The notes below the pieces were generated by a model, which was not told the origin of the DNA, searched no databases, and saw only the letters and a program-made list of their open reading frames with translations. The position numbers were made by a program, and so were the translations under genes. From assembly GCA_963751455.1 (NCBI GenBank), contig CAVVUN010000001.1:576001-640000 (forward strand): a stretch of 64,000 nucleotides of DNA, given 5' to 3'. Source of the DNA: Nitrospirota bacterium (GTDB taxonomy: Bacteria; Nitrospirota; UBA9217). Positions 47,583 through 58,121 of this stretch are shown here, piece after piece (position 1 is the stretch's first letter; each line of letters opens with the position of its first letter).

Positions 47583-49085
47583 ATGCGTATTTCGGAGCTT
47601 GCGGCCGGCGTTTATGAGGTCCTTGATTTCCGTCTCGCGATTCAGCGAGATGATACGACAATGAGTCTAAGCAGTGCAAAGCGCGAGTGCAGGCTGTGCG
47701 GAGTGCGGAGTGAAAAACACGTAAAAAGCGGATATATCACTTTTCTTCTGTTATGTCTCATGTATGCGCCATCCTCCTTCGCCGACGAACCTTTTTCCCT
47801 CTCCGGCAGGCTGGGCATGCGAGATATCCACGCAATCGAGAGCGACAGCATCAAGGAAGACCCGAGTCTCGAGGGCAGGGTAAAACTGGATGCGGAACAG
47901 GGCGCTTTTCGGTTTCACTCCTGGCTCGAAGGTGGATGGGATGGCAGTGTAAAGCGGCCTGCCAGAGATAATTCGTTGTTTAAAAGCTACGACGAGGTCT
48001 ATCAAAGTAATACGCCGTATCTTGAATTCAAGGAACTTTACGCTGCGTACTCCTCGGGCAACCTTGATGTGAGAGCCGGCATCCAGCGTTTTGCCTGGGG
48101 AAGGATCGATGAATACCCGTCGAACGATCTTTTGAATCCCTGGGACTACTCCAAATTTCCGCGAAAACCTCTGGAAGAGAGAAAGATCGGAGTACCTTCC
48201 GTCTCTGCAACTTTGAATCAGGGTGACTGGTCCGTTGAAACCGTCTGGGTCCCGGTTTTCGTTCCTTACCGATTATCTATGCCTGACGAACGCTGGGCAG
48301 GCATCTCAACCACTTCCGCACTCAGCCTCGTCCCTAACGCCGATGTCGTTCCGAAAGAACCTGCGCTTCCTGATCGCTCCCTGGACAACGGCAATTTCGG
48401 CATGCGCATGAAATATCTCGGGACCGTAGAATATACGCTCAACCTGTTTCACGGCTACGATCCAAGGCCTGTTTTCAAGACAACTGCGCTCTCGATCATA
48501 CCGGCAGGAGCGAAGATCATCATTGACCCCGGGTATGTGCCGGATTTTCACCGCATAACAACCGCGGGCATCGATGCAGCGGCAGTGAACGGCGACTTGA
48601 GTCTTCGGGCGGAAATAGCCTATGCCTTCAACCGTTATCTGAATATCAGGCGCGAGCATTGGGGATTTCCCGCAATTCCCGGGCCTGGCGTGTATGCGTT
48701 GAATTCTATCGAGCAGAAACACGATACGATAGATTATGGAGTCGGGGCGGATTACCGTATGTTCGAAGATGGATTATTAACCATGCAGGCCCAGCAAAGC
48801 GTGATCCTCGGCAAGGTCGACTTGTTATACGAAAGGAAAATCGAGACGATTCTTTGGGGCAATCTGAAGGCAAGTTTTATGAACCAGAAGATTGAAACGA
48901 ATATGAGCATTGCCTACAATCCCGAACACGGCGACCGCATGACGAAAGCGAATGCCTGGTATGTATTCTCGGATGCTTGGAAAGCCGGCGGAACCTATGT
49001 CGCCTTTATTGGACCCGCTGAATCGTTCTTCGGCAGATATTCCCGGAATGATCAGCTCGAAGCGGAACTCGCGTATTCATGGTAA
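47583..49085 (+). CDS. Outer-membrane beta-barrel (DUF1302-like)
   Basis: ELY..Y...RAGIQRFAWG.D...D.LNP.D; ends FGRYSRND...LAYSW; start uncertain. Confidence 0.75.
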   Translation: MRISELAAGVYEVLDFRLAIQRDDTTMSLSSAKRECRLCGVRSEKHVKSGYITFLLLCLMYAPSSFADEPFSLSGRLGMRDIHAIESDSIKEDPSLEGRVKLDAEQGAFRFHSWLEGGWDGSVKRPARDNSLFKSYDEVYQSNTPYLEFKELYAAYSSGNLDVRAGIQRFAWGRIDEYPSNDLLNPWDYSKFPRKPLEERKIGVPSVSATLNQGDWSVETVWVPVFVPYRLSMPDERWAGISTTSALSLVPNADVVPKEPALPDRSLDNGNFGMRMKYLGTVEYTLNLFHGYDPRPVFKTTALSIIPAGAKIIIDPGYVPDFHRITTAGIDAAAVNGDLSLRAEIAYAFNRYLNIRREHWGFPAIPGPGVYALNSIEQKHDTIDYGVGADYRMFEDGLLTMQAQQSVILGKVDLLYERKIETILWGNLKASFMNQKIETNMSIAYNPEHGDRMTKANAWYVFSDAWKAGGTYVAFIGPAESFFGRYSRNDQLEAELAYSW

Positions 49086-49098
49086 GAGAAATCCGGCT

Positions 49099-50271
49099 TC
49101 AATTCATCTGATACCGTATCAGCTTGAAGAAATGGTCTACCAGTTGAGGATTAAAGGATTTTCCCTTCCCGTTATTCAGAACATTCACGATCTTTTCAAG
49201 CGGCATGGCTCCCTGATATGACCTCTTGCTTCGCATTGCGTCGAAAACGTCCGCAATGCTTATCATCTGACTCGCAATATTCGGCTGCCATCCGCCTTTG
49301 ATTGAAGGATATCCGGTTCCGTCGAACTTCAAATGGTGCTCCATTGCCGCCAGCACCGCGACTTTCGGTATCCCCTCGGTCCCCATGAGAAACCTGGCGC
49401 CTTTGACCGTATGGGTCTCGATTATCTTTCGTTCGTCGTCGGTAAGCTTTCCCGGCTTTTGCAGCAATTCCTCCGGTACGAAAATCTTTCCGACATCATG
49501 AAGCAGGGAGGCAATACCGATCTGGTGCAGTTGTTCACCCTTGAAGCCGAGCGTCTCAGCCTGGCACATGCTCAGGATACACACGTTCGTAACATGGGTA
49601 AAGGTATACTCATGCGCGGACTTGATGGACGCCAGCAGGCTGAGCGGATTGAGCTCCTGCCGGAAGCCTTTGATGAATCCCTTCACGAGTTCGTCCACAC
49701 CCCGGACGTCTATCTTCCGGTATTTCTTGATCCGGAGGTAAATGTCCTTGAGTTCGTCCATTTCAGATGCGCTAAGCGCAAGCAGCTCTTCCACAACCTC
49801 TTTCGAAACTTCGCCTGCCGGGATCACCGCTGCCGTATCTCCTGCCTGTCCGTCGTATTTCCTGACTTTGATCTCGACTTTGCCGAGTTTTATGAAAGCG
49901 GTCGACCGTATCGAGGCGCTATCGCTTGCGGCAAGATCCACGATCAAAGCATGCAGTTCCGATTTGGGCATGCCCTCCATAAAGCTGAGCCGCTCGACCG
50001 CTTTTTTGTTCAGTATCCGGATAAAATTGGAGACATAGGATGCCGCCCCTGTTGAAACGATCTCTTTGTTGTCGGCAACAAGATCGTTTCCGATAACCAG
50101 AATGGTTATTTCGGGCTTTTGCATGAGCATACCAGTTAGCGCGCTGTAGGCCTTTTCGATATACTGCCCCACTTGGGGGTGGTCCGGCGAATACAGGCTG
50201 GCATTGGCGATCGCGGCCGTGACCTGCGAGATCACCCTGGAAAGTTCCTGTTGAAAATCCTGTTCAGCCAT
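49099..50271 (-). CDS. HD-GYP phosphodiesterase
   Basis: YTFTH, LHDVGK, HH..FDGTGYP, ADVFDAM...RSY. Confidence 0.9.
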   Translation of the reverse strand: MAEQDFQQELSRVISQVTAAIANASLYSPDHPQVGQYIEKAYSALTGMLMQKPEITILVIGNDLVADNKEIVSTGAASYVSNFIRILNKKAVERLSFMEGMPKSELHALIVDLAASDSASIRSTAFIKLGKVEIKVRKYDGQAGDTAAVIPAGEVSKEVVEELLALSASEMDELKDIYLRIKKYRKIDVRGVDELVKGFIKGFRQELNPLSLLASIKSAHEYTFTHVTNVCILSMCQAETLGFKGEQLHQIGIASLLHDVGKIFVPEELLQKPGKLTDDERKIIETHTVKGARFLMGTEGIPKVAVLAAMEHHLKFDGTGYPSIKGGWQPNIASQMISIADVFDAMRSKRSYQGAMPLEKIVNVLNNGKGKSFNPQLVDHFFKLIRYQMN

Positions 50272-50291
50272 TGTTTCTCTTTTCTCTTGAT

Positions 50292-52547
50292 TTATTGCCG
50301 CTCCATAAGCTTTTTGCAGAATCGTTTGATCTTGTCGCTGTTCATCCGCTCTCCGATCTTTAAGAGGGGGACAATGCTCTCACGCGGGTAACGCTCAAGG
50401 GACGAGAAAATGATTTCCTTCATCCACAGAAGGCTTTGCGGATAGAGTGACCAGCTGGCCCTCACAAGTTTCTCGAGGTCCGGGATTGCCTTTGGGTCGC
50501 CGATTTCGCCGAGCGCCTTCACGATCTCGACGTTCACAGTGTAATCCGTGTCAAAGAGAATGACCCGTTTCAGGCGCGTAAGGATGTCCTCCGTAACTTC
50601 CCGGACGCGGTATTGAGCGGCAAGCGTGACCGCCTGGGAGGAAATATCGGGGTCTTCCGACAAAATTGCTTCACGGAGCAATTTAACGGATGCCTGGTCC
50701 TTGAATTTAAGCAGAGTGTTGAGCGCTTCCATTCTGACGCGGCCATGGGCATGCTGAAGCAGCGGTTTTACATACGCGACCGACGAAGTCGTCCCCGCCC
50801 GTCTTATTAAAATAAGAAGATTCCTGACAAAGTACTCCCTCGGGTCACGCAGTCTTTTGTGCGCTTCCCGTACTGCAGCGTCGCCGAAGAGGCAGAGCAG
50901 ATTAAAGAGAACACGCCTCCCTCCCAGCGACTCATCCCTGCTGAATATGTCCATAAGGCCGGGGACAACGTCCGGTCCCAGCGACTGGATCAGGCTGGCG
51001 GCTTCCGGTCCTTTGTCTCGCATCCATAGTTCGAATGCTTCAATGGCCTTTTTGATGAATTCCGGGTCCGAAAATATTTTTCGGGAACTCTCAGCAACAG
51101 CCCTCATGGCGCCCGTCGGTTTTTCCAATGCGTGTCTCTTCAAGGTCTCGGAAATGTCGAAGAGAAGTTCAAAATTGCCGGTTTGAAGAAAACCGGGGAT
51201 GATGGTGAAGAGTTTCAGGGCAAATGCTTCATAATCCTCCGCATCAATGTTTTCCTCCATAAAGGCGATGAGCGCCCGGCCGATCTGGAAATCCAGATGC
51301 CCGTCCTCGAGCGTCTTTTCGTACTCCTGGACCGGAAATTGTCCGATCTCGATGACGGGAGCCTCCGTCATCTGCTGGAGCATAGCAGCGTAGTCCGCGT
51401 CTACGTGGTCCTCGTATTTTTCCCGTTCAAACAGTTTTTGCATCTGTTCAGACGTCATATCCGGCACCGTCATTCCATCTTGACGTTTGCGGCTCAAGTC
51501 AGGAACGGTTCCCGGACTCTGGCTTTGATCACGGACCTTTGCAAGCTTTCCCACAAGTCCGGTCAGCGTAGGTGATATTTCCCTTCCCTCGGTATTTGCC
51601 TGCGCAAGCATCTCAATAACCATGTCATCAGTAAATCCTCCGACGATTTCTTCAACGCCAGTCGGCGGACCGCTTGACACACGATGTGCCGCAACGGACA
51701 GGAACTGTTTGCGAAGCTCGGGATTAAGGTCCTTTAACAGGGCGTTCAGGTTTGTCAGGGTCCGTGACTCCTCGGACGTAGGCTGCCTTTTCTCTGCAGC
51801 GCCTCGTATATAATTGGATACGATCCGGTCATAGCTTTGGACCGCAATGTTCGCGTCCAGCTTGCGCTCGTTCAGCAGGCGTGCAAGTTCCGCCGGGTCG
51901 ATTTGTTCGGCATCTTTAAGGGAAATTCCCTCACCGGCGCCTGCAAGCGTTCCTGCTGCGAGGTGCGATACGAAATCATGCCATACCCCTGCATCCGTTT
52001 TTGTATTCGTCTTGGCCTGCGACCTGACAATTTCCTTTTCTTCAGTAACGTGAAATTTGCTGTAATCGATCGCAATAATCCTGATATGCTGAATGGCTGA
52101 ATCGGCCATTACCTTTTCTATGCCGCCGGCCGCCGTAATTTCAGTCGGCTTAGTGGTGAGTATCCGGTGAAACAACACGAGTTCGTCACTAGCCATGTCC
52201 CGGATAAACGTGACTGCTGCAATTCCCTGGCTGTTCAGCGAAAGCGCGAAGTCGCGGTAGACCGGGTTTTTCGGATCGAGATAATCATTTCCCACGAGCA
52301 GCATGTTTTTGGCCACACCCAGTGTCATTTCCGACCTGACTTCGAACAGGCGCTGCAGGACCTGGAAGGCGCGATCTATACTCTTTGCGATCTGCATATG
52401 ACCCGGCGGGTAAATACCCACATTTTTCCGCGAAATATTGAGCTCAATGACGGCTTCCGAGAGAAGACGGGTATCGAGGGGCAGTTCTTTTGCGGCTTCG
52501 GTATTCTGAGCCGGCGCTATTTCCTTTGCATCATCATTTTGCAGCAT
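50292..52547 (-). CDS. HEAT-repeat protein
   Basis: C-terminal repeats (LRDPREYFVRN, RVRMEALNTL, ALGEIGDPKAIPDL); N-terminal YPPGH domain. Confidence 0.8.
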   Translation of the reverse strand: MLQNDDAKEIAPAQNTEAAKELPLDTRLLSEAVIELNISRKNVGIYPPGHMQIAKSIDRAFQVLQRLFEVRSEMTLGVAKNMLLVGNDYLDPKNPVYRDFALSLNSQGIAAVTFIRDMASDELVLFHRILTTKPTEITAAGGIEKVMADSAIQHIRIIAIDYSKFHVTEEKEIVRSQAKTNTKTDAGVWHDFVSHLAAGTLAGAGEGISLKDAEQIDPAELARLLNERKLDANIAVQSYDRIVSNYIRGAAEKRQPTSEESRTLTNLNALLKDLNPELRKQFLSVAAHRVSSGPPTGVEEIVGGFTDDMVIEMLAQANTEGREISPTLTGLVGKLAKVRDQSQSPGTVPDLSRKRQDGMTVPDMTSEQMQKLFEREKYEDHVDADYAAMLQQMTEAPVIEIGQFPVQEYEKTLEDGHLDFQIGRALIAFMEENIDAEDYEAFALKLFTIIPGFLQTGNFELLFDISETLKRHALEKPTGAMRAVAESSRKIFSDPEFIKKAIEAFELWMRDKGPEAASLIQSLGPDVVPGLMDIFSRDESLGGRRVLFNLLCLFGDAAVREAHKRLRDPREYFVRNLLILIRRAGTTSSVAYVKPLLQHAHGRVRMEALNTLLKFKDQASVKLLREAILSEDPDISSQAVTLAAQYRVREVTEDILTRLKRVILFDTDYTVNVEIVKALGEIGDPKAIPDLEKLVRASWSLYPQSLLWMKEIIFSSLERYPRESIVPLLKIGERMNSDKIKRFCKKLMERQ

Positions 52548-52604
52548 AGTGTTATTATATCCTAAATGAGCTGCTTTTAAAATAAATTTGGGATGCTGGC
52601 TGTC

Positions 52605-53009
52605 TTAGTTTTTCTTATTATTGATTCGGAGGATTAACAGTAAAAGGAGGAGTACGAGTGCAACCCAGATCAGCGGATTTAATGAGAAAATGTTTTCCTC
52701 GTACACATGCGTGACAGAGCGGTTCACAGTAGCAGTTTGTATGGTGGTCGCCGGCTCCGTTTGTATGGCAGGATAAGTGTCAGTCGGAGAACTGATCGGC
52801 TTTACAGGGACACGGTTTTTTTTCGTTTTTGCTATACGTATCGGTTTCCCATCTTTGTCATGGAGGTGGTATTCTTTGTAGAACAGCTTCCACTCTTCGC
52901 ATCCCTTGATACACTGGTGTCCTCCGTATTTGTCGGTTTTTCCGGGATGAGAATGGGCAGCCGTAACGGCGAAAATGCACAAATAAAGCGCGATAATTAC
53001 CTTTTTCAT
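52605..53009 (-). CDS. YHYH-type small exported protein with C-terminal TM
   Basis: AHSHPGKTDKYGGH...EYHLH. Confidence 0.75.
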   Translation of the reverse strand: MKKVIIALYLCIFAVTAAHSHPGKTDKYGGHQCIKGCEEWKLFYKEYHLHDKDGKPIRIAKTKKNRVPVKPISSPTDTYPAIQTEPATTIQTATVNRSVTHVYEENIFSLNPLIWVALVLLLLLLILRINNKKN

Positions 53010-53132
53010 GCGACGAGTTTATCCCATCTCGTGATACGTGTCAACAGAACAAGGGACCCAAAAGGTGTTTTTTCTTGACAACAATAGGTAGCGATGTTAC
53101 ATTACTGTTCTTATTGCAAGGATGCTTTTTGT

Positions 53133-53208
53133 GGGGCTGTAGCTCAGCTGGGAGAGCACAAGGCTGGCAGTCTTGGGGTCAGGGGTTCGATCCCCCTCAG
53201 CTCCACCA
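53133..53208 (+). tRNA. tRNA-Ala(GGC)
   Basis: 76 nt GGGGCTG...CAGCTCCACCA, anticodon loop CTGGCAG, GGTTCGA T-loop, G3:U70. Confidence 0.97.
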
Positions 53209-53217
53209 AAAAATAAA

Positions 53218-53253
53218 AGAAGGGTTGACCGAAAGGTCAGCCCTTTTGTTTTT
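53218..53253 (+). terminator. Intrinsic terminator after the tRNA
   Basis: AAGGGTTGACC-GAAA-GGTCAGCCCTT followed by T-runs. Confidence 0.75.
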
Positions 53254-53357
53254 GGTAGAGGGGGATCGAACGAAGGGGTATGGGGAAGAGACTTCCCCCA
53301 TGCTTCGGGGGAGCACACGAGGGGGCAGGCCCCCTTGTGAAGCGAAGCGCGTAAGAT

Positions 53358-53375
53358 TCCCCCTCAGCTCCACCA
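53358..53375 (+). repeat. Copy of tRNA-Ala 3' end (att-like)
   Basis: TCCCCCTCAGCTCCACCA identical to 53191-53208. Confidence 0.85.
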
Positions 53376-53417
53376 AAAAGTAAAGAACCCCGCAGCAGAG
53401 CTGCGAGGCATTTTTAG

Positions 53418-53840
53418 CTAGAATCTAAAACCTATTTGCTCATCATGCTGATACCGAATGTAGTTTCTGATAACTTCTGCCGTTACTTTGTCGCCAACCG
53501 AACGAACAAAGTAACCATCATTCCAGAGTTCCCCTCCCCAGAGCTTTTTCTTGATCTCGGGAAACTCTCGGAACATCATCTTGGCAGATATACTTTTGAT
53601 CCTTTGCACAACTACTGCGGGAGCAAACTTCGGAGGCACGACCAAAAACAAGTGTACATGATCTTCCATTACTTCCATCGTGTCTATTTCCAAATCGTAC
53701 TGTTCGGCTATCTCCCGAAAAATCTCTTTCAATCGTTTTGACATCCGGTCATCGAACAGCTTTTTACGATATTTTGGAATCCATACAAAATGGTACTTGA
53801 GATCATAGACACAGTGTCTGCTTCTTTTCAGTGGGTTCAT
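53418..53840 (-). mobile_element. tnpA: IS200/IS605-family Y1 transposase
   Basis: YHFVWIPKYR, DHVH (HUH), LWNDGYF, YIRYQ; terminal hairpins at ~53390-53411 and ~53895-53915; no tnpB. Confidence 0.9.
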
Positions 53841-54703
53841 GGCCCGTATTGTATCAGAATCTTATCCTGACTTCGTCAGGATAGTTCTTTTCATCCCAGC
53901 AGTAGAACTGCTGGGTATTCAAGAACTGTTTTTTATAATGGTGATCTTTATCGTGGCATTGTTTGTATCTATCTCTCCAGCAGTCGCAGATTCAGTCAGC
54001 ATCGGTCAATATGATTATTCACTTACCACTGCAATAACGAACATCGGCTCAGCTAAAAAAAAACTATATATTGATGGCGATCCTACCCTTCCGGCAATCA
54101 TTTCAGGGTCGACTGCTACGGTTCCGTCGAATATTTCGATAATTATAGAATACCCTGGCTCTATTGATGTAAACGGGAAATCTCTTACCATCAACGGCCC
54201 CTTCTCCGCAGGACTTCATACAGTTTTTACAGGAACGACTGGGACGGTGAGGTTCGGGACTGCGGGGGTAAAAATTCAAGCAGTATGGTTTAAAGATTAC
54301 ACGACTGATGCAGGTTTAAGCTTAAACGCGGCCATTGCCTCATTAAAAAATGGCGGGGAAATAGAACTACCTGCGTGGGATGTTACATACGAAACTGCTA
54401 TTAACCTTACGGGGAGCAGTCTTCCCCCTATTAAAATTGTGGGGCAAGGGAAAGCAACTACTCTTCGTGCAGCGGTATCAACGGTTGGGATAGACACTAC
54501 TGGGGCTTCAGATTGGGTACTCCGTGATTTTCAGTTAGTCGGAGATACCCCCGCGCCGGAAATAGGGATATTGATGGCAAAAGACAACTCTGCCGGACAG
54601 GGCGGGTTGAGAGGCCGTCTTTATAATATCATTACAGACGGCAGCTTTAATAAAGCAGCTATATTCAATTATGCTTCTGAGGAAAATCGGTTTTATGACT
54701 TAT

Positions 54704-56090
54704 GCCGCTTCAGACTTTAGTGTGGGTACACCCAAGATGTTGTGGTCCGAGGATAACCCGTTTCATGCGGTTTCTGCCCTGGGATAAAGATCAAGGCCTC
54801 CGCAGTGAAAGTAAATTGCCGCTTTGTAGTGCTCCCGATTGCGATAACCGCATGCCATGAGTTTGATCATCTGAATCTTGCTGTTAATCCCCTCCGACGT
54901 AGCATTCGTAATTCGATGCTTGAAGTAAGTCAGCAGATTAGCAAGATGTCGCTTCAACGTCTTTGCGGCCTCAATCATTGGAGCCAGCCTGGAGCGGGTC
55001 GCCCAAAAATACCATGCCTTGAAGTATTTCTCCGCGCATTTCCTATACGCGTATGACCAGAAGGCACGGAGTGATTCTTTGATGGCCCATGCGCGGCCCG
55101 TCTTAAGATCAGCGTTCTTTACCTTGTCGAACTCCTCGCGCCGCCAATCCGGAACATTCTCCTCGTTCCACAGCCACAGATGCCTTGTCCCCTTGAGCCG
55201 AAAATCATCGCGCGCGGCCAGCACTTTGTGTTCGCCTCGCCGTACCTTGTCCACAGCTTTCGTTACATGCGTCGTTGCATGATACCGGTCAAAGACAATC
55301 TTCTCATCTGCATCGGGGACATATGCCTTCGTCGCTGCGATATACGGGTCCCACATATCCATGGCAATCCCCTCAATCCGCGACAGCTCTTCTTTGGCGA
55401 ACTGCTTGAAGTAGGCTTCCAGACTCTTTTGCTCCCGGTCGTCCACAACATACTCGACCGTTCTCCCATCAAGATCGCACACAATTGTCTCGTAATTCTG
55501 GCCTTTCCCAACTGACTTCTCGTCAATCCCGATATAGCTCGGCACCCGTTTCTTCTTTCTCCCAAGCCCGCGTGTAACCGCCCGAAGCATCACTCCCCAC
55601 GTCTCATCCCAACTCGTTTCCCAAAGCCGCGTCACTCCCGTTACATCGCATTCCTTGAGAGTATCGATCAGTCGTGACTCAAACAGCCTGGTGAACTGTG
55701 AACGCGGTTCCGCCCACGGCGATAGAATCTGCTTCACTCCATCCTTCGGGCACTTCGTTCGAGGCAGCCGGGCATGCAAGAATGTTTGCAACTGGCAGGT
55801 GTCGAGGTGTCGCCACACTTGCTCCTCCATATGGTCGTGCACCGGCGCTTCTTGTTTGCATGCTGCACAGGAGAATTTCGCCCCCTGTGCTTCTTCTACC
55901 CACACGTCGACGCGATTGCGCGCCATGTCTACCTGAACCTTCGTTACCCTCCATGGAAACTTTATCCCAAGCAACATCGTGTAGAGTTGAGTGTCTTCCA
56001 TACCAAGCCTCCGTTTTTGGAATGGAAGATAATATCACAAATTCTCAACCACTACATCTTGTGTCTACCCACACTCGTTCCAGAAGAACC
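54704..56090 (-). mobile_element. ISL3-family insertion sequence
   Basis: Imperfect IRs sharing AGTGTGGGTA; 8-bp target duplication TGACTTAT (54696-54703 / 56091-56098). Confidence 0.9.
54763..56001 (-). CDS. ISL3 transposase
   Basis: WRHLD, IGIDE, MDMWDPY, FDRYH, TNATSEGINSKIQ. Confidence 0.92.
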   Translation of the reverse strand: MEDTQLYTMLLGIKFPWRVTKVQVDMARNRVDVWVEEAQGAKFSCAACKQEAPVHDHMEEQVWRHLDTCQLQTFLHARLPRTKCPKDGVKQILSPWAEPRSQFTRLFESRLIDTLKECDVTGVTRLWETSWDETWGVMLRAVTRGLGRKKKRVPSYIGIDEKSVGKGQNYETIVCDLDGRTVEYVVDDREQKSLEAYFKQFAKEELSRIEGIAMDMWDPYIAATKAYVPDADEKIVFDRYHATTHVTKAVDKVRRGEHKVLAARDDFRLKGTRHLWLWNEENVPDWRREEFDKVKNADLKTGRAWAIKESLRAFWSYAYRKCAEKYFKAWYFWATRSRLAPMIEAAKTLKRHLANLLTYFKHRITNATSEGINSKIQMIKLMACGYRNREHYKAAIYFHCGGLDLYPRAETA

Positions 56091-56497
56091 TGACTTATAT
56101 CTTGTAAATAGAAAAGTAGGAGCAGCAGCATATTGGACAACTGGAGACAATGCAGGCACAGGAGAAAGTGTGTCAAGTGTGTACGCTACTATTGCAAGCG
56201 GAGAGCAGTCAAACACTGACAACCGATTTTATGGTTGTGCTTTCTTTACTATAGGTGCTTCGTCTGACGGCATCAGAATGCGCGGGGCAAATGACTCTAG
56301 TTGGGATGGTGCATTTTTTATTAATTTAACCGGCAGTGGTAGATCACATGTATATGTGGATGCCGATGGTATTGCTTCCAGCAGAAATACGTTTTCTCAC
56401 TTCCGGGGCGAGTTGGGCGCTACAGTCCAGCCCGTAAGCGGATTTCATTTTGCAGGTACTACAAATTGCGGCCTGTGGGAAATATCAAACGGATAAT

Positions 56498-58121
56498 CCT
56501 TAAAAGAGCAGTTGGTCCTTGTCAAACGAAGTTAATTGATGGATATTGCAGCAATTAACCCGAAGAGGAGGACTCGCCCAATGGGTGAACCAAATAGATC
56601 GTTGTCTGCACGGAAACCAGAGGGAGTTGCGGTCGATACGTTCAGCGGTCGTATCCACGTAGAATGGGATCCGACTGCAGCCGTTACGCCACTGGGACAG
56701 ATGGCATTTTTCATCGATTTTCTGAAGACCGGCGGTCTCTACGATCCCTGGGTTGCTGATTGTCCGCTTCACTACACAAGCCCCAATGCACCGGAAAAGC
56801 GAGATGTGCTGGGCACGGTGTTATTGTCTGTTCTGGCCGGCCACCATCGCTACTCGCATATTACGAACGTTCGGTGCGACAACGTCAATCCCGGCCTGCT
56901 CGGCATGACCGCCGTCGTGAGTGAGGACTCGGTGCGAAAAGCCCTGCGCCAGATAGATGAAACTCAGGGGGTGCATTGGCTCAAGGAACATGTCAGGCGT
57001 TGTTATGACGCGCTGCTTTCTGTGTCCTGGATCATGGATGGCGACACCACGGTAAAACCGCTGTACGGGAAACAGGAAGGCGCAGTGGTCGGCTATAATC
57101 CTCACAAGCCTGGCAGGCCGTCTCATACCTACCACAGCTATCTGATGGCCAACACCCGGCTCGTGCTGGATGTCGAGGTACAGGCGGGCAACAAAACCGC
57201 AACCTGCTATAGCACGCCGGGCTTGTGGGAGTTGCTGGGCTCCATTCCAAAACGTCACTGGCCCGCGTTTTTTCGGGGCGATTCAGGCTGGGGAAATGAC
57301 GTCTTCATGTCCCAGGCGGAAACAAAAGGCCTGCCCTATCTGGTCAAGCTCCGCCTCACCAAAAACGTGCGGAAGCTCATCGAAAAGACATTTCAGCGGA
57401 ATGGTTGGCAGCAAGCCGGTCAGGGATGGGAAGGTGTGGAAGAAGAACTTCAGCTTATGGGGTGGAAGATAAAGCGGCGCGTCATCGTACTTCGACGGGC
57501 GCTCAAGGGCGATGTCGTCATCAGTGAGAAAGACAAGGATCAGATGGAGCTTGGTTTCGTCGAGACGAATGGAACCGCAAAGCGGTATGAATACGCAGTG
57601 CTGGCCACAACCATTCCGGGCGAAGTCCTTACCATCGCGCAGCACTACCGGGATCGGGCCGATGCTGAGAACAATTTCGATGAACTGAAAAATCAGTGGG
57701 GGTGGGGAGGCTATACGACCAAAGATCTGAAACGCTGTGGCTATATGGCCCGGATCGTGGCGTTGATCTACAACTGGTGGTCCCTCTTTGTGCGGCTCGC
57801 CCGACCGGACAAGCATCTGGAGGCTGTTACGAGCCGGCCGTTGCTTCTTCATGCGGTCGCCAAACAAACATATCACCAGAGCCAGACTACCGTGACCATT
57901 ACAAGCGCTCACGCAAAGACGGAGAAAATACAGGGCACGCTCAATGAGATCGCCCTGTTTCTGAGAAGACTCCGGGAAACTGCGGAGCAGTTGACGCAGG
58001 CGGAACGTTGGAGGTTGATCTTAAGCCGTGCATTCAACAAAATCCTGAAGGGGAAACCCCTCTCGACGCCAGCTTTGCTGCCTCAGCCAGTGTGAAAATA
58101 GACTCAACTGCCGTTTTTAGG
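56498..58121 (+). mobile_element. IS1380-family insertion sequence
   Basis: IRs CCTTAAAAGAGCAGTTG / CAACTGCCGTTTTTAGG; no target duplication visible. Confidence 0.8.
56536..58095 (+). CDS. IS1380-like DDE transposase
   Basis: DGDTT...YGKQEG..GYNP, RGDSG, YRDRADAENNFDELK; start may be 56581. Confidence 0.85.
   Translation: MMDIAAINPKRRTRPMGEPNRSLSARKPEGVAVDTFSGRIHVEWDPTAAVTPLGQMAFFIDFLKTGGLYDPWVADCPLHYTSPNAPEKRDVLGTVLLSVLAGHHRYSHITNVRCDNVNPGLLGMTAVVSEDSVRKALRQIDETQGVHWLKEHVRRCYDALLSVSWIMDGDTTVKPLYGKQEGAVVGYNPHKPGRPSHTYHSYLMANTRLVLDVEVQAGNKTATCYSTPGLWELLGSIPKRHWPAFFRGDSGWGNDVFMSQAETKGLPYLVKLRLTKNVRKLIEKTFQRNGWQQAGQGWEGVEEELQLMGWKIKRRVIVLRRALKGDVVISEKDKDQMELGFVETNGTAKRYEYAVLATTIPGEVLTIAQHYRDRADAENNFDELKNQWGWGGYTTKDLKRCGYMARIVALIYNWWSLFVRLARPDKHLEAVTSRPLLLHAVAKQTYHQSQTTVTITSAHAKTEKIQGTLNEIALFLRRLRETAEQLTQAERWRLILSRAFNKILKGKPLSTPALLPQPV

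Larger units (their letters stand above)
53938..56496 (+). pseudogene. Beta-helix (pectate-lyase/tailspike-like) exported protein split by ISL3
   Basis: LTINGPFSAGLHTVF.G.GTVRFG, LNAAIASL..GGEIELP, IVGQG..TTL; the frame EENRFYDL|YLVNRK rejoins across the IS. Confidence 0.68.

Noticed and set aside
53075-53383. ORFs across the tRNA
   Set aside because: Shadow frames over tRNA-Ala and its terminator
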